Source of the DNA: Octopus sinensis
Taxonomy: Eukaryota
Assembly (NCBI RefSeq): GCF_006345805.1
Contig: NC_043000.1
Location: 79,794,001 to 79,858,000, forward strand
Length of the DNA stretch: 64,000 nucleotides
Direction of reading: 5' to 3'
The notes under the pieces are model-generated. The model was not told the origin of the DNA, ran no database searches, and was given only the letters and a program-made list of their open reading frames with translations. A program made the position numbers and the translations under genes. Shown piece after piece: positions 1 to 12,919 of the stretch. Every line of letters begins with the position of its first letter. Position 1 is the stretch's first letter.

Positions 1-212
1 CTTTCTTGACTAGAATTAATTAATGAGTTAATGATTTGCTTTCTCTTCATTATGAATGTCATTTTAAAAGTCTATGTGCAATACACATCTCCTTATTAGG
101 GCCTAACTTGGCTATTATTATGTATAATACATGCAGGATTACATAACTGCTACAAGAGTAGGTAATCTATTATAATCTAATACATTATCTTTTAATTTCT
201 TATTCTATACAA

Positions 213-425
213 GACGGCAAACTGGCAGAATTGTTAGCACACAGGGCAAAATGCTCAGCAGCATTTTGTCTGTCTTTATGTTGGGATTTCAAATTCTTTC
301 AAGGTTGACTTTACCTTTCCTGCTTTTGGGATCAATAAAATAAGCATCAATTGATCACAGGGGGTTGATTAAACCAACTTAGCCCTTCTGGAAATGCTGG
401 TTTTGTGCCAAAATTTGAAATCAAT
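213..425 (+). mobile_element. tRNA-derived SINE with Meta-domain-like core (family A)
   Basis: Head ggcaaactggcagaattgttagc, a decayed core resembling gcctttcatccttttggggtcgataaaataagtaccag, and end gtgccaaaatttgaaa(t/c)caat. At least 10 copies occur in the window. Confidence 0.7.
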
Positions 426-1039
426 ATCTTATTTTATATAAAATATATTTATGTATAATGATAAAATAATCTTAAATGATAATATACGTAACTTTATTAA
501 TGTAGGGTTTTTTCTGGGTGGGGAAAACATTTGCAGCATCATACCATGTAGTATATACACCTCTAAGTTTAATATTGATTTTGTTGAAAAAATAAGCGGG
601 GTATGTTCGATTTGGAGATCATCATCCTCATCATCATTTAATGGGTGCTAGGACTGAGTGCAGTGTCTGCTTTGTTATGGCTTTTATGCTTGGATAATCT
701 TCCTAATGCCAACCACATTACTAGGTATACTGGGTGCTTTTCTTATACCACAAGCACTAGTAAGGATTATAAAACACAAAGTAGGATGTGGGCTTTGTAA
801 TAGGAGATGAGGACTTGAAAAACATGATAAGATGTAGGCTTTATGCTAGGAGATGAAGGTTTGAAGCAAAAGATGGGATGTGGGATTTATGCTTGGGGGT
901 GCAGAACTTAAAGACAGACTAAATGCCGCTAAGCCTTTTATCCAGCATGGTAACGATTTGCCAGCTTGCCGTCTTTCAATCAATTACTAGTTAATGAAAA
1001 GAGGTTGTTACAGTTTGTACCGAAGGGAGATAATTCTTT

Positions 1040-1700
1040 AAAGTAAGATTTTTCTTTAAATAAACTTTTTAGTTTGATCACGGTTGTCTATAAAATTTGA
1101 TGACGACCGTCTTCCTTAATTGTGGATCCTTGAACATAATCTTTTTCCCTTAACACCATGTACTACATTTCTTGATTTAATTAATTTCAGCTTACTGACA
1201 TATTTCCAAGTTTTTCCATTTATAATGGTGATATCACTATCAGTGTCCAACTGCTTTTCTGATTTTTACATGCACGAAGTTCCTCATTGTTATATTATCA
1301 ATTTCTTCTGATGATATACTTTTTATTTTTTTCCTTTGTTCTGATGTTTTGTCATCTTTGTTCTACAGTGTGCCTTTATATGTCTGATATTACCAGAACA
1401 AAAGGACTCCACTTTTTTAAATAGACAATTTTTCCTCAGGTGTATACCTCCACATGCACAACATAGGTTTATTTCCTGATTTTTGTCATGTCTTTTAGAA
1501 AACACTTTATCTCTATTTTGACTATTTTGTACTTGCTTTACTTGGAAACAGTCTTTATGTTCTATTTCTTCTGTGTCGTGTCTTAATTTGACTATCCTTT
1601 CACATTATTCTGACACTTACTGTAAGGTTACATCCTGGTTTTGTTCCAGCTTTGCAAGAGTTCTAGTAGTAACTTCTGCATCCTTTTCAGCAGTAAGCTC
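1040..1700 (-). mobile_element. Decayed Gypsy-type LTR retrotransposon gag-protease fragment
   Basis: Zinc-knuckle remnants CCACGGIHLRKNC...HIKAHCR in ORF 1323-1505. The minus strand near 1203-1254 reads QLDTDSDITIINGKTWK, an aspartic-protease DTG-like motif. Confidence 0.65.
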
Positions 1701-2599
1701 CTGTGTAAATATCAGGCCACATTAGAACGGATTGTACTCCACCACCTGCAAAGAATAAAAAAAGGCAAGAGAGTGAGAAAGTGGTTAGTGCTCCACTGCC
1801 TGTGGAGGTTAAGGAATATCATGAGAAGAGTGAAGTGGCACCACAGACAAAGACCAGTAGCAGCATCAAAGAAGCGGAGGTAAACACCAGCTGGGAAACG
1901 GCAGGAAAAAAGAGAAGGAAGAGGAGAAAGAGGACACTCATGGTAAAGGACGACCCCCAACCCACACCCATCCAGCTCCCACCCACACCCACTCAACTTT
2001 CAACCACTTCAACAGACACCAACCCTCTCCATACCCCACCTGACATAACCACAGGCATACACACACAGGAGCCCCAAACTTCCCCACCCTGGGCCATAGA
2101 TAAATTTGTTATATAACAGGAATAAAGATGAACTTTGCAACAAGATAAAGACATGGTAAAAAGCAATAGAAGTGGACATAACAAGAGTAGGAAGGTTGCC
2201 TGAGGACGTTTGCTGTGCAGTGGTGGACCCGAAGTACCTCTCAAGATTGATAAAGTACGAAGAAGAAACTGATTTCGATTGGTGGGTTACAAAAGTGGAC
2301 ACCAGCAAAATATCTAAAAGGGTAAGTTATGCTTACATTTTGAAGGAACTTGACATAGACATTTTCCAAAAAAGTGGGAACTGGCAGTCACAAAGGCATT
2401 ATCAATGGTAGTTTAAATTAATGTTTTTAAAAAATGGGTTCTATTAACAGGTTCAATGAAGTTGCTCGGAGGTGGAGCTGAATGGCTTCATTCCACTTTT
2501 TCATTATATTCAATTCATCTTTTCCATTCATCTTGGTTTTTTGTCCCCACCTTGTGCTGTTCCCTCTATGTACGGCCTTCATGGCCAATTTCATGAAAT

Positions 2600-2745
2600 A
2601 AAGAAGCTTATTACCCAACCATTTGGCTCCAGGTTCAGTCCCACTGTATGGCACCTTGGGCAAGTGTTTTTTGCTATAGCCTCAAGCCAACCAAAGCCTT
2701 GTGAGTGGATTTGGTAGATGGTAACTGAAAGAAGCCTGTCATGTG
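2600..2745 (+). mobile_element. tRNA/CORE-type SINE, 5' half (family B)
   Basis: ggttcagtcccactg...ggcaccttgggcaagtgt...ggatttggtagatggtaactgaaagaagcc followed by (TG)n/(TA)n. Related copies at 15065, 39558 and 49340(-). Confidence 0.7.
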
Positions 2746-2781
2746 TGTGTGCATATATATATATACACACACACATATATA

Positions 2782-2816
<35 letters not shown>

Positions 2817-3064
2817 ACACTGAAACGATGCATCGTATAAAAGATGAATTAGGGTAAATGTTTTTAAATTTTCACCTTATTTCCGAATTACACTACTTGG
2901 CGGTTGGAGTTCTGGCTGCTCTTTCTGGTGGACGAATGGCCTGTTTAGGCCATTCCTAAATTGTTATATTTATACATATTTAGTCTTTGACTATTTTCTC
3001 TTTTCCACTAGGCCGCTGGTAGCGATAAATTTTTACTGAATTTTTTGCTACCCTAAATTGATTA

Positions 3065-3112
<48 letters not shown>

Positions 3113-3164
3113 CATACATATATATACATATATACATACATATATGTGTGTGTGTGTGTGTGTG

Positions 3165-3840
3165 TATAAAATTGATATAAACAACAGTTTGTAATGTTTC
3201 ATGAAAAAGGAGAATTACAAATGTCACTAACTGTTACTAGGGTGTTAGGAAACACCTACATTGCGAGAAATAAGAGCTAAACTGCTATAATGCTGTAGTT
3301 AACACACATGAATGAAAACACATACACTAACAGGGACCATAATTGTCTCTCGATCAACACTTTTCAGATGATTATGGTCCTTGTAGTGTATGTTTCCATT
3401 CATTAACTACTGCATTAGAGTGGTTTAGCTCTTATTTCTAGCAATGTAGGTGTTTTCTAACACCCTAATCAAATTTAGTGACATTTGTAATTCTTCTTTT
3501 TGGTGAAACATTGCAAATTGCTGTTTATATTAATTTTATATGTACACATTAGCAAATTGCTAAATCATCCAGTAATTTAGATGACACAAACATAAATACA
3601 AATGGCAAAGTGAGTTCACAAAGAGCCAAACAATTGAGTGGTATTAACTGATAAGGCAACAGAAATTGCTGAAATTGACGTATCAGTATTAGGGATTCCA
3701 AATCGGCACTTTTCAGACAATTATGGTCCCTATTAGTGTACGTGTTTCCATTCATGTGTGTTAACTACAGCATTAGAGCAATTTAGCCCTTATTTCTAGC
3801 AATGTAGGTGTTTACTAACAGCCTAGTCACATTTAGTATA
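3165..3840. repeat. Inverted repeat of about 185-bp arms plus a partial direct copy, flanked by microsatellites
   Basis: 3165-3350 is the imperfect reverse complement of 3365-3540. 3706-3840 repeats 3358-3480. Confidence 0.8.
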
Positions 3841-3889
3841 AATATATATATATATGTATGCATGTATTTATGCATGAGTGTGTCATTGT

Positions 3890-4100
3890 GTCTATGCTTG
3901 TCCCCACCCCACCATCACTTGACAACCAATGTCAATGTGTTTACATCCCCGTAAACTTAGTGGTTTGGCAAAAGAGACCAATAGAATAAGTACTAGGCTT
4001 ACAAAGAATAAGTCCTGGGGTTGATTTCTTCAAGTAAAAACCCTTTAAGGTGGTGCTCCAGCATGGTCGCAGTCAAATGACTGAAACAATTAACAGAGTA
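3890..4100 (+). mobile_element. SINE family B, 3' half
   Basis: cttgacaacc...gaataagtactaggcttacaaagaataagtcctgggg...gctccagcatggtcgcagtcaaatgactgaaac. Also at 24000-24195, 40015-40200 and 48645-48840(-). Confidence 0.7.
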
Positions 4101-4956
4101 ACATCACTGAAATATTAAAGCTGTAAGTTTATGTATAATTAATTCAAACCAATGCGAGTAACAATGTGAGTAAATAAGCATTACATTCGACAGAATAACC
4201 TGAATGCTGAAGAGTTAAAACTGACTACCATGGTTTGTTCCCCAGCCTTTGTTCTTTTGGCATCACTCTCAGTGCAGCAGAGTAGTCAGTGATTAAATGC
4301 CGAGGCATATCTTGGGGCCCACTGCTGCTTGGAGATCTGTCAAGCTAACATGTAACTTCAAAGCATCCAGTTACTATGTGTAAGTACAGGTGGCCCTAGC
4401 TGGAGCTTTGGTGAGGGAGAAGCTTTGCACTGACAACCTAGTGTGTGTGCACCTGCTGTACACATGCTGGGTTGCTTTTCATTTCACTACATGGGTTGAC
4501 CAAGATTAGCCAGCCAGTAGCAGCAAGCTGTAAGTAAAGACAGTTGCAAGCACCAGATACATGACATTGCCTACACACACAGACACACACAGCCAGACAG
4601 ACATACACATACACACACACACATGCACACATACACAGGCATTCACAGAGGTATAAACACAAACACATACACAATCACTCACGTATTTGCTTTAAATGAC
4701 TTGCATATACACATACATATATGCAGATATGTCATTAGAACATACTGGAATCTCATCTCCGTCCGTATCACCCACACCTCAAACTCTCAAATATCCAGTA
4801 ACAATGTTTACTGTTGCCATTGATAGTTACTACTATTGTATGAGTGTGTGAATGTGTGTGTGTGTGTAGGTGCATGTGTTTGAGAGTGAGTTAGTGTGCA
4901 TGGTGTGTGTGAGTGTGTGTGTGTATGCATGAGTGAGTGCATGTATGTATATGCGA

Positions 4957-4989
<33 letters not shown>

Positions 4990-5157
4990 ATCAGGGATTG
5001 CTTTGTTCAAAAGAAAGCAAAACCTGTTAATCAAAGACAAGTGATAACATGTATTCAAAAGAAACCAACTTAAAATCCTGGTTACTCCTGGTAACTCTAC
5101 AAACACACACATACATACCCTCCCACACTCTGATACATACATTCACAGTACACACTC

Positions 5158-5196
<39 letters not shown>

Positions 5197-6039
5197 CATA
5201 TATATACATATGTGTGTGTGTGTGTATATCATATATACACACATACATACTCTCACTCACACACACGTGACTATAAACTTATACATACATATATACGTAG
5301 ACTTGCACATGATACATTGTTCACATGTGATTACATTAGTGTTGTCGTTATAAACAAATTACCAAATACTAATTACTGATTACTACTGATCCCTGATCAT
5401 GCCAGTAGGATTTGATTTTAGACAAGACTCACCTCTTCTCATTGAACAACTGGAAAAATCCTTAAGGGTAAGATGGCTTTCCAGATTTAGAAATTCTTTA
5501 TGTTCCTTTTTTGTTATTGTTTTTGTCTCCATTTTCTTTCATTTTAACCTTTAACCTTTCAATCTATGACCTTGATCTCTTCATACTTCACATCCTATGT
5601 TGGTATGAAAATGCATTAGTGTTATTTATTAAGAGGTACTCCTTTTTTATATTCTTTTGCTGGTTTCCAACATCAGACTGTAGCCATCCTGGGACACTCA
5701 CTGCTACAGGTTAAATCAGTCCTGGAACTTGGAGATTGTGATTTATTTTATTGACCCTGGAAAGATAACAGATAAAACATTAACCTGGTCAGGATTTGAA
5801 CTCAGAATGAAAAGGAATGTTAGCAAATACAAAGTATGTTTATATACTAAGAATATCTTAAGTATTTCTTAACTGTTGCTTTCACTGATTTCCAGGTAGA
5901 TATGTTAATTAAGGGGTAAATAGAGGTACAGGTACCAAATAACTCATCTCAGATACACATTTACAAAATATACACACAACCTCCCCCACCCCATACTTTC
6001 TCTGTACCTCTTTATCATCCTATCTTTCTAGCTACCTGT

Positions 6040-6105
6040 CAGTCTGTCTATCTACCTATTTGTCAGCCTGTCTGTCTCTCTATCTCTCTATCTACTTATC
6101 CATCC

Positions 6106-6200
<95 letters not shown>

Positions 6201-6201
6201 G

Positions 6202-6285
<84 letters not shown>

Positions 6286-6315
6286 GTCTGTCTGTCTGTC
6301 TGTTCTTTCTTTCTT

Positions 6316-6375
<60 letters not shown>

Positions 6376-6520
6376 CCTGCCCACCTACCAACCTATCTTT
6401 CAGTCTATCTGTCTACCTAGCCATCCATCCAACCACTCTCTTTCTCTCTCTCTCTCTTCCTCCTTCTCTTTCTCTCTCTCTCTCTCTTCCTCCTTCTCTC
6501 TCTCTCTCTCTCTCTCTGTT
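6040..6520. repeat. Compound (TATC)n/(TCTG)n/(TC)n microsatellite
   Basis: Seen directly. It explains ORF 6060-6599. Confidence 0.95.
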
Positions 6521-7149
6521 TGTTTACACAATTGTTTCTCCAGATGCTGTGAGCTACAATGAGCAATGTCATTTCTCCTGTCAATACATCCACTGGTAAT
6601 ATGCCTTTGAAGATAAAAGATCCCTAAGTTGAAAAAGAGTTAAGGGTAAATGACAGGAAGGGCATCTGGCATTAAAATAAAAACTCAGTAATACATTCAT
6701 CTTACTCATGTTAGTATGGAAAAACAGTTGTGAAAACAAACAAAAAATTAATCTAGACTTTTCTGATGCTCTCTGTCTTACTAATTTACACATTCAGATG
6801 AATATACACTCATGCACTAACACACTCTCTCATTAACTTATTTTCTTGCACACTCACTCACACTCATTCATTCACACACTTGTTGATGTACACAATTGCA
6901 CACACTTACTGACACCCTCAAATACTAATGCATAAAGTCACTAACATACTCAGACACTCATTGGTTCACACATGTCCAATCCCTCACATGCTCATCTACT
7001 CATTCACACTCATATGTTTGCTCACTCATTCACTCATACTTTTCCTGAAATATTCACTTTATTCACTTCCTCTCATACATTCACTCAGTCAGTCATTCAC
7101 ATAATGAATTTATCTTCCATCCACATTGATCTGTTTCCTTCAAATTACT

Positions 7150-7480
7150 GAGAATAAGGGAATGAACTGACACTCCATCAGTTACAACGACAAGAGTTTG
7201 TGTTGATCCAATCAATGGAACAACCTGGTCATGAAATTAATGTGCAAGTGGCTGAGAATTCCCCAGACATCCTTAAGATAGTTCTCAGAGAGATTCAGTA
7301 TGAAAGAGACTGTGACAAGGCTGGCCATTTGAAGTGCAGGTACAACTCATTTTTGCCAGGTGAGTGGACTGGAGTAATGTGAAATAAAGTGTTTTGATCA
7401 AAGAACACAGTGTAGTGTCAGGAATTGAACACATGACTGTACACTCATGAGCCAAACACGCTAACCATCAAGCCAGACCA
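7150..7480 (-). mobile_element. tRNA/CORE-type SINE (family C)
   Basis: Minus-strand tRNA-like head followed by a CORE-like gtgttctttgatcaaaacacttt. Related to 11970-12256(-) and 32870-33160(+). Confidence 0.55.
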
Positions 7481-7526
7481 TAGCTTTCTCAGGCCTTAAT
7501 AAATGAGTGATATTGATGTTGATAAT

Positions 7527-7742
7527 ATCAGTTTCACATTTTGGCTCAAGGCCAGCAATTTCAGGGGAGTGGGTAAGTCAATTACATCAACCCCAGTGTT
7601 CAACTAGTACATTTTTTATTGATTCCAAAAGGATGAAAAGCAAAGTTGACCCTGGCAGTATTTGGGCATGAATGTAAAGTCAAAAAATAAACCACAAAGC
7701 AGTTTTCCTGACTTGGTAATTATTCTGCCAGCTTGCCGCCTC
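7527..7742 (-). mobile_element. SINE family A copy
   Basis: Reverse complement of the 213-425 and 13185-13402 element. Confidence 0.7.
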
Positions 7743-8716
7743 ATTACTGTTGATAATATTGAGATGGACTTCACAGATGAATGACAATGATTAGATAATG
7801 GTGAATATGAACTTCATGGATGCGTGATATTGATGTAAATAAATAGGACCTTCACTGGTGAATGATGCTGGAGTAATGTTAAGTGTGAACTTTAATTGGT
7901 TGATACTTGTTAAGAAAATACAAGCAGGGATGGCAATCACTACATGGTTGTTCAACCTGCTAAAAATAGCAGTCAGATCTTACTTAAATTACTTTCTATT
8001 GTTTTAAGAAAAGAAAGAGAACATGAGTACATTAAAAAATGTAAAATTAGATACATTCACTAAAACATAGTATAGTCATGGCTAGAAAGCCTTTTCTGAT
8101 AAGTCTGTCGTAATAGGGTTGAGGATCCAGAAGGAGGAATTCTTGTAGGGAGGATCTGTGTGATCTGTGTAGTTTGTGATTTGCATAGGGATTAGACAAA
8201 AGCAGTGGTTCTCAACCAAGGTCCATATATGATTTTTGTTGTTAAAACTTGCACAATGTATTGGTTATATTTCTACAACACACAAAATATTTTAACAATT
8301 TTAAAAATAATGCTTAATAATATTTAATTATAAAAATATATTAGGATCTTTTAAACATCAAATGGCTTTGAGGGTCCATCCAAGTAAATCAGAAATCAAA
8401 GGGACAAAAAATGGTTGACAAAAGGATCAGTGATTAGTTCATTGAGTGTATTTAGTATAGATGTGGATATTGTGATGTTGCAGGGAACAGTGTGCAGTCT
8501 GGTGTTACCATTGTACTCTGATCACTAAAGTACTATGTCTCCATACGCTGTAGACTGTGATATCGCCATTGTGCAAGTTTCATTGTATTATTTTCATTGT
8601 GATATCACCCCATGAAACACTGATCACTACCATGTCACCATTATATGCTATTTGCTGTGATATTAAAAGTAGTTTACAAAACTGCGAGAAATTGGAGCAG
8701 CTGACAGAAAATATAC

Positions 8717-8747
<31 letters not shown>

Positions 8748-8862
8748 TGTATGTATGTATGTATGTATGTATGTATGTATGTATGTATGTATGTATGTAT
8801 GCATGCATGCATGTGTGGGGTGTGTATGTATATATATTTTCACATACACATACATATATACA

Positions 8863-8908
<46 letters not shown>

Positions 8909-10113
8909 CATGTATGTATTCTATATGTATATGTGGCTGTGGGAGAGTGGCTGGGAGAAAGAGAGAGAGAGAAGGAAAGGAGGGATAGAGAGACAAAGAT
9001 ATAGAGCAAGAATGTGAAGATGAGTGAAGGAATCTGTAGAAAAAGCTAGAATAGAATGTAATTATGTATTTCCTCAAAAGAGAAACGGAATTACCGAGTA
9101 TTTATAGAGCTTCAGGATACTCTCTGGATAAGGAAAATGGCACTTCTGTAGGAAAGTATTGACAGTAGCACAGGGAGTAGGTAGTCGTAATGGTGGTGGT
9201 AAAGATGGTGATGATGACCATGATGATGGTGGAGATGGTGTTGTGGTGAAAATGGTGGTAGTAAAGATAATAGCAGTAGAGATGGTGGTGGTAGAGAACG
9301 TGATGGAGATGGTGGTGGAGATAGATATAGAGATGGTGCTTGTTGTGAGGGTGATTATAGTGGGCGGTAGTAGTGGGTGTGGTGATGATGGTGGTTGAAG
9401 AAGTAATGGTGATGGTTATAGTGCTGCTGCTATCGATGGTGAATGTAGCATTGGTGGTACTAGTGGCATAGGAGTTACACATGACTGTAGAACAACAAGT
9501 AAAGGGTTTCAACTTGAAACTATTTTCTTCTACCATAAATATTTTACAACTAGCTATTTTGCTTGTTGCAGATCAGTGACTGATGGTCACTTTGTTTACA
9601 TTATATTGCTGGCTAGAGTGGACTCTGGCTGGAATGGACTCTGGCGGCCAGGTGCTTGCAACTGATGATGAGTCAACCAGCTCAAAACAGAGTAAGTCTC
9701 ATGATACTGTTGTCTGCTAGAGGATGGTAGGGGTTCACTCCCCCTGCTAATAATATATATTGTATATAAAGGGTGCAACATTGCACTGATAACCAGCAGG
9801 TGGAAGATCAGCCTGGGGTTATACTAGTAGTAACAAGGAACAGCCACTTTGAGGTAGCGATTGACTTAACATTTTAGTGTAGTTACTACTCTGATCTCTT
9901 CTTGAAATTTTACAACTAGGTATTTTGCTTATATATATATATATAAGTATAAAAACTTAATGTTGACAAAGGTTGCGTGGCGTTTAATTACAAAGAAATA
10001 AAGCCTGTTGCTTGCATGTGACTACAGGCCATTTTTCTTGTCTCTCTTTCTTTTGGATGGGACATCCAGCCAGCTGGATGTCATTTCTCTTTCTCCTCAA
10101 TACATTTTTCTTC

Positions 10114-11059
10114 GATCTTTACCCTTTGAACAGCAGATTGAGAAATTAATTTTTTGTAACTAAACACTTTCAAATTTCGGACACTGGTAGAATGTGTCTA
10201 TATTTTCAATGTTATTTTGTGTTAAAGTTGTTGTATTTCAGTAATTTTAACCAAGCAATGATGTGTAATCAGCTGAATAAAATTACTGCTGTTGGTTGTT
10301 TAGCAACAACTTCAGGCAGTGTATATTTCGTTTGTCACTGTTATTTATGACATATTTCATCTCAGTTATGTTTGTATGAATAAACAAGTGTATCTGAAGC
10401 ATGTTTACTTCATGGCACAACCACAATCGTTTGTACATTTCTACTGCTTTTAGTTTTTATTTTTCCTGTTTTTCAGCTACTATTTTCAGAAAGACTTTTT
10501 TGCCACAGCTGCCCCTCCAATTTCTTTACTTTTCACTTTTTCCGTAACTCTAACCCTAAAATCCCAACCCTAACCCTAACCCTAAAACCCCAACTGTAAC
10601 CCTAAAACCATAACCCTAACCCTAAAACCTAAACCCTAACCCTAAACCCTAACCCTAACTCTAAAACCCTAACCCTAACCCAAACTCTAGAACTCTAACC
10701 CTAACCCTAAAATCCTAACTCTAACTCTAAAACCCTAACCCTAACCCTAAAACCCTAAAGGTAAAACCAGTACAAATGCATGACCGATCTCATAAATAAC
10801 AGTGACAAACGAAATATGTACTGCCGATAGCTGTTGTTGACAGCAGTAATTTTATTCAGCTGAATACATGTCATTGATTGGTTGAAATTACCGAAATACG
10901 ACAACTTTAACATGAAATAATTTCGTAAATATAAATTTTTCTCAAAAATGCTAAGAGTAAAAGATCTTTTATATGACACATTCTACCAGTGTCCAAAGTT
11001 TGAAAGTGTTTAGTTACAAAAGATTAATTTCTCAATCTTCTGTTCAAAGGGAAAAGATC
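10114..11059. mobile_element. Non-autonomous TIR (foldback/MITE-like) element enclosing (CCCTAA)n telomeric-type repeats
   Basis: Termini gatctttaccctttgaacag (10114) and ctgttcaaagggaaaagatc (11059). Inverted arms of about 240-270 bp surround a central degenerate (CCCTAA)n at 10545-10757. Confidence 0.8.
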
Positions 11060-11095
11060 CTTTTTCTTTTCTTTTTTTTTTCTCTTCTATCTATT

Positions 11096-11951
11096 CTATA
11101 TCTTTTTGAAAATGCTTAAATAGTCTTGACTATTAACTCTGCCATGAATAGAAACCATTGGGCTGGCGGATTTCCAAGATATAGCCCCCCAGATCATCAC
11201 AGATCTTTTTCCATATTTAACAGTTGGAAGAAGGCAGTCTGGGTCAAATGCTTCTTTTGGCTGTCCCCACATGTATACTTGGGTGGTGGTCGAAAATAAG
11301 GTAATGGATGACTCGTCCAAGAAAATAATATTCTTCCACTACTCTAGGGACTAATTCTGTAGGTTTTTGCTCCACTCTAAACGCTTTGCAACATTTGTTT
11401 TTGAAAGTAGAGGTTTTGTGATTGCAACCCTCCCATGAAATCTGGCTTTATGCAGCTCCCAGCCAACAGTTTTTGTGGAAACTGGATTCTCGAGGTGGTC
11501 ATCAAGCACTGTAGTAATTTTGGGAGCTGTGCTTTTGTGATCCTTTCTAACAATTCATGTAAGAGTCTGATGGTCCCTATCTGAAAGTTTTGGTTTTCTT
11601 CCGGAGTTTTGTTTCAATGAGGTTTTTCCCTCTTTCTCAAAGGCTGTCATTACTTTTGAGACAGTACTTCTTGATGCGCCGAACATTTCAGCTATTTTTG
11701 TTATGCTAGCACCTGCCATACAAGCACCAACAATTTGACCTCTTTGAAATTCTGATAGATCTGTCATTTTAATGAATTTTAATTACATTTTTCTGATGAT
11801 ATCTGAAAAGAAACCACAATTTTAGCAAAAAGTACTAAGCAACACTAATAATAAATCAAAAGCATAAAAATAAACAAACTTTGCATGGTTTTATAGATAT
11901 TTCAAAATTATTATGCTATATTGCTGTTTCTATTATTTTGTCCAAACCCTG
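11096..11951 (-). mobile_element. Truncated Tc1 transposon (pseudo-transposase)
   Basis: Paired-like HTH MTDLSEFQRGQIVG...SGRKPKLSDRD, then PTVKYGKRSVMIWGAIS. The terminus is TA-CAGGG on the minus strand at 11951. The C-terminal catalytic part is missing. Confidence 0.9.
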
Positions 11952-12277
11952 TATATCATATATATATATGATGGACTCTCCTGGTGAAGACAACATATGA
12001 GCATTCAGCTTTTGCTGAACAACCTGTACAAATGATTTATTAATAGTGATCAAATGTTTGAGCCACACATTAGCTCACTCACTCTATCAAATTGACATTT
12101 TCTGAACAGATGCACTGTGTATCATGTGTCAGCTGTTGAAGTGATTGCAGAGTAACACACGATAAAGTGTTTTGCTCAAGAACACAATGCACCACCTGGT
12201 GTAGGAATTGAAATCACAATCTTGCAATTGTGAGAGCAATACCCTAACCACTAAGCATACATACATACATACATACA

Positions 12278-12311
<34 letters not shown>

Positions 12312-12314
12312 CAT

Positions 12315-12363
<49 letters not shown>

Positions 12364-12673
12364 TACATATATATATGTATATATACATATACATACATAC
12401 ATATATGTATGTATATATATACACACACACAGAAAGAGAGAGAGAGAGAGAGAGAGAATTATGTGTTTATATATATATCATTCTATCTCTCTATCTATTC
12501 CAATACACCAATAACTACCCACATCACTTCATACATCTCTAATTCAACAGTGTTCAACTTACAAACAACTTTGCCTTGGACTTGCTGTACACACACATGT
12601 ACATATGCAATCATACACACATACACATTGTCTACACACAGATACATTAATACACATACACACACACATGCAG

Positions 12674-12754
<81 letters not shown>

Positions 12755-12919
12755 TACAAGTTATGTTAAAAGTCCCTATGTAATTGTTGGATCTGCTTGA
12801 AATAGCTGCAGATCTTAGAGTAGAGGATGCATTAGAGACTGTAGACCTGGATATTGAAGGAATGGTTATGGTCTGTTTGTGGCTATCTCTTGGGATGAAA
12901 GATGATGATCTTCTTTTCT

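Noticed and set aside
10545-10757. True telomere or chromosome fusion site
   Set aside because: It is short, degenerate, in a single orientation and enclosed by transposon-like inverted arms.
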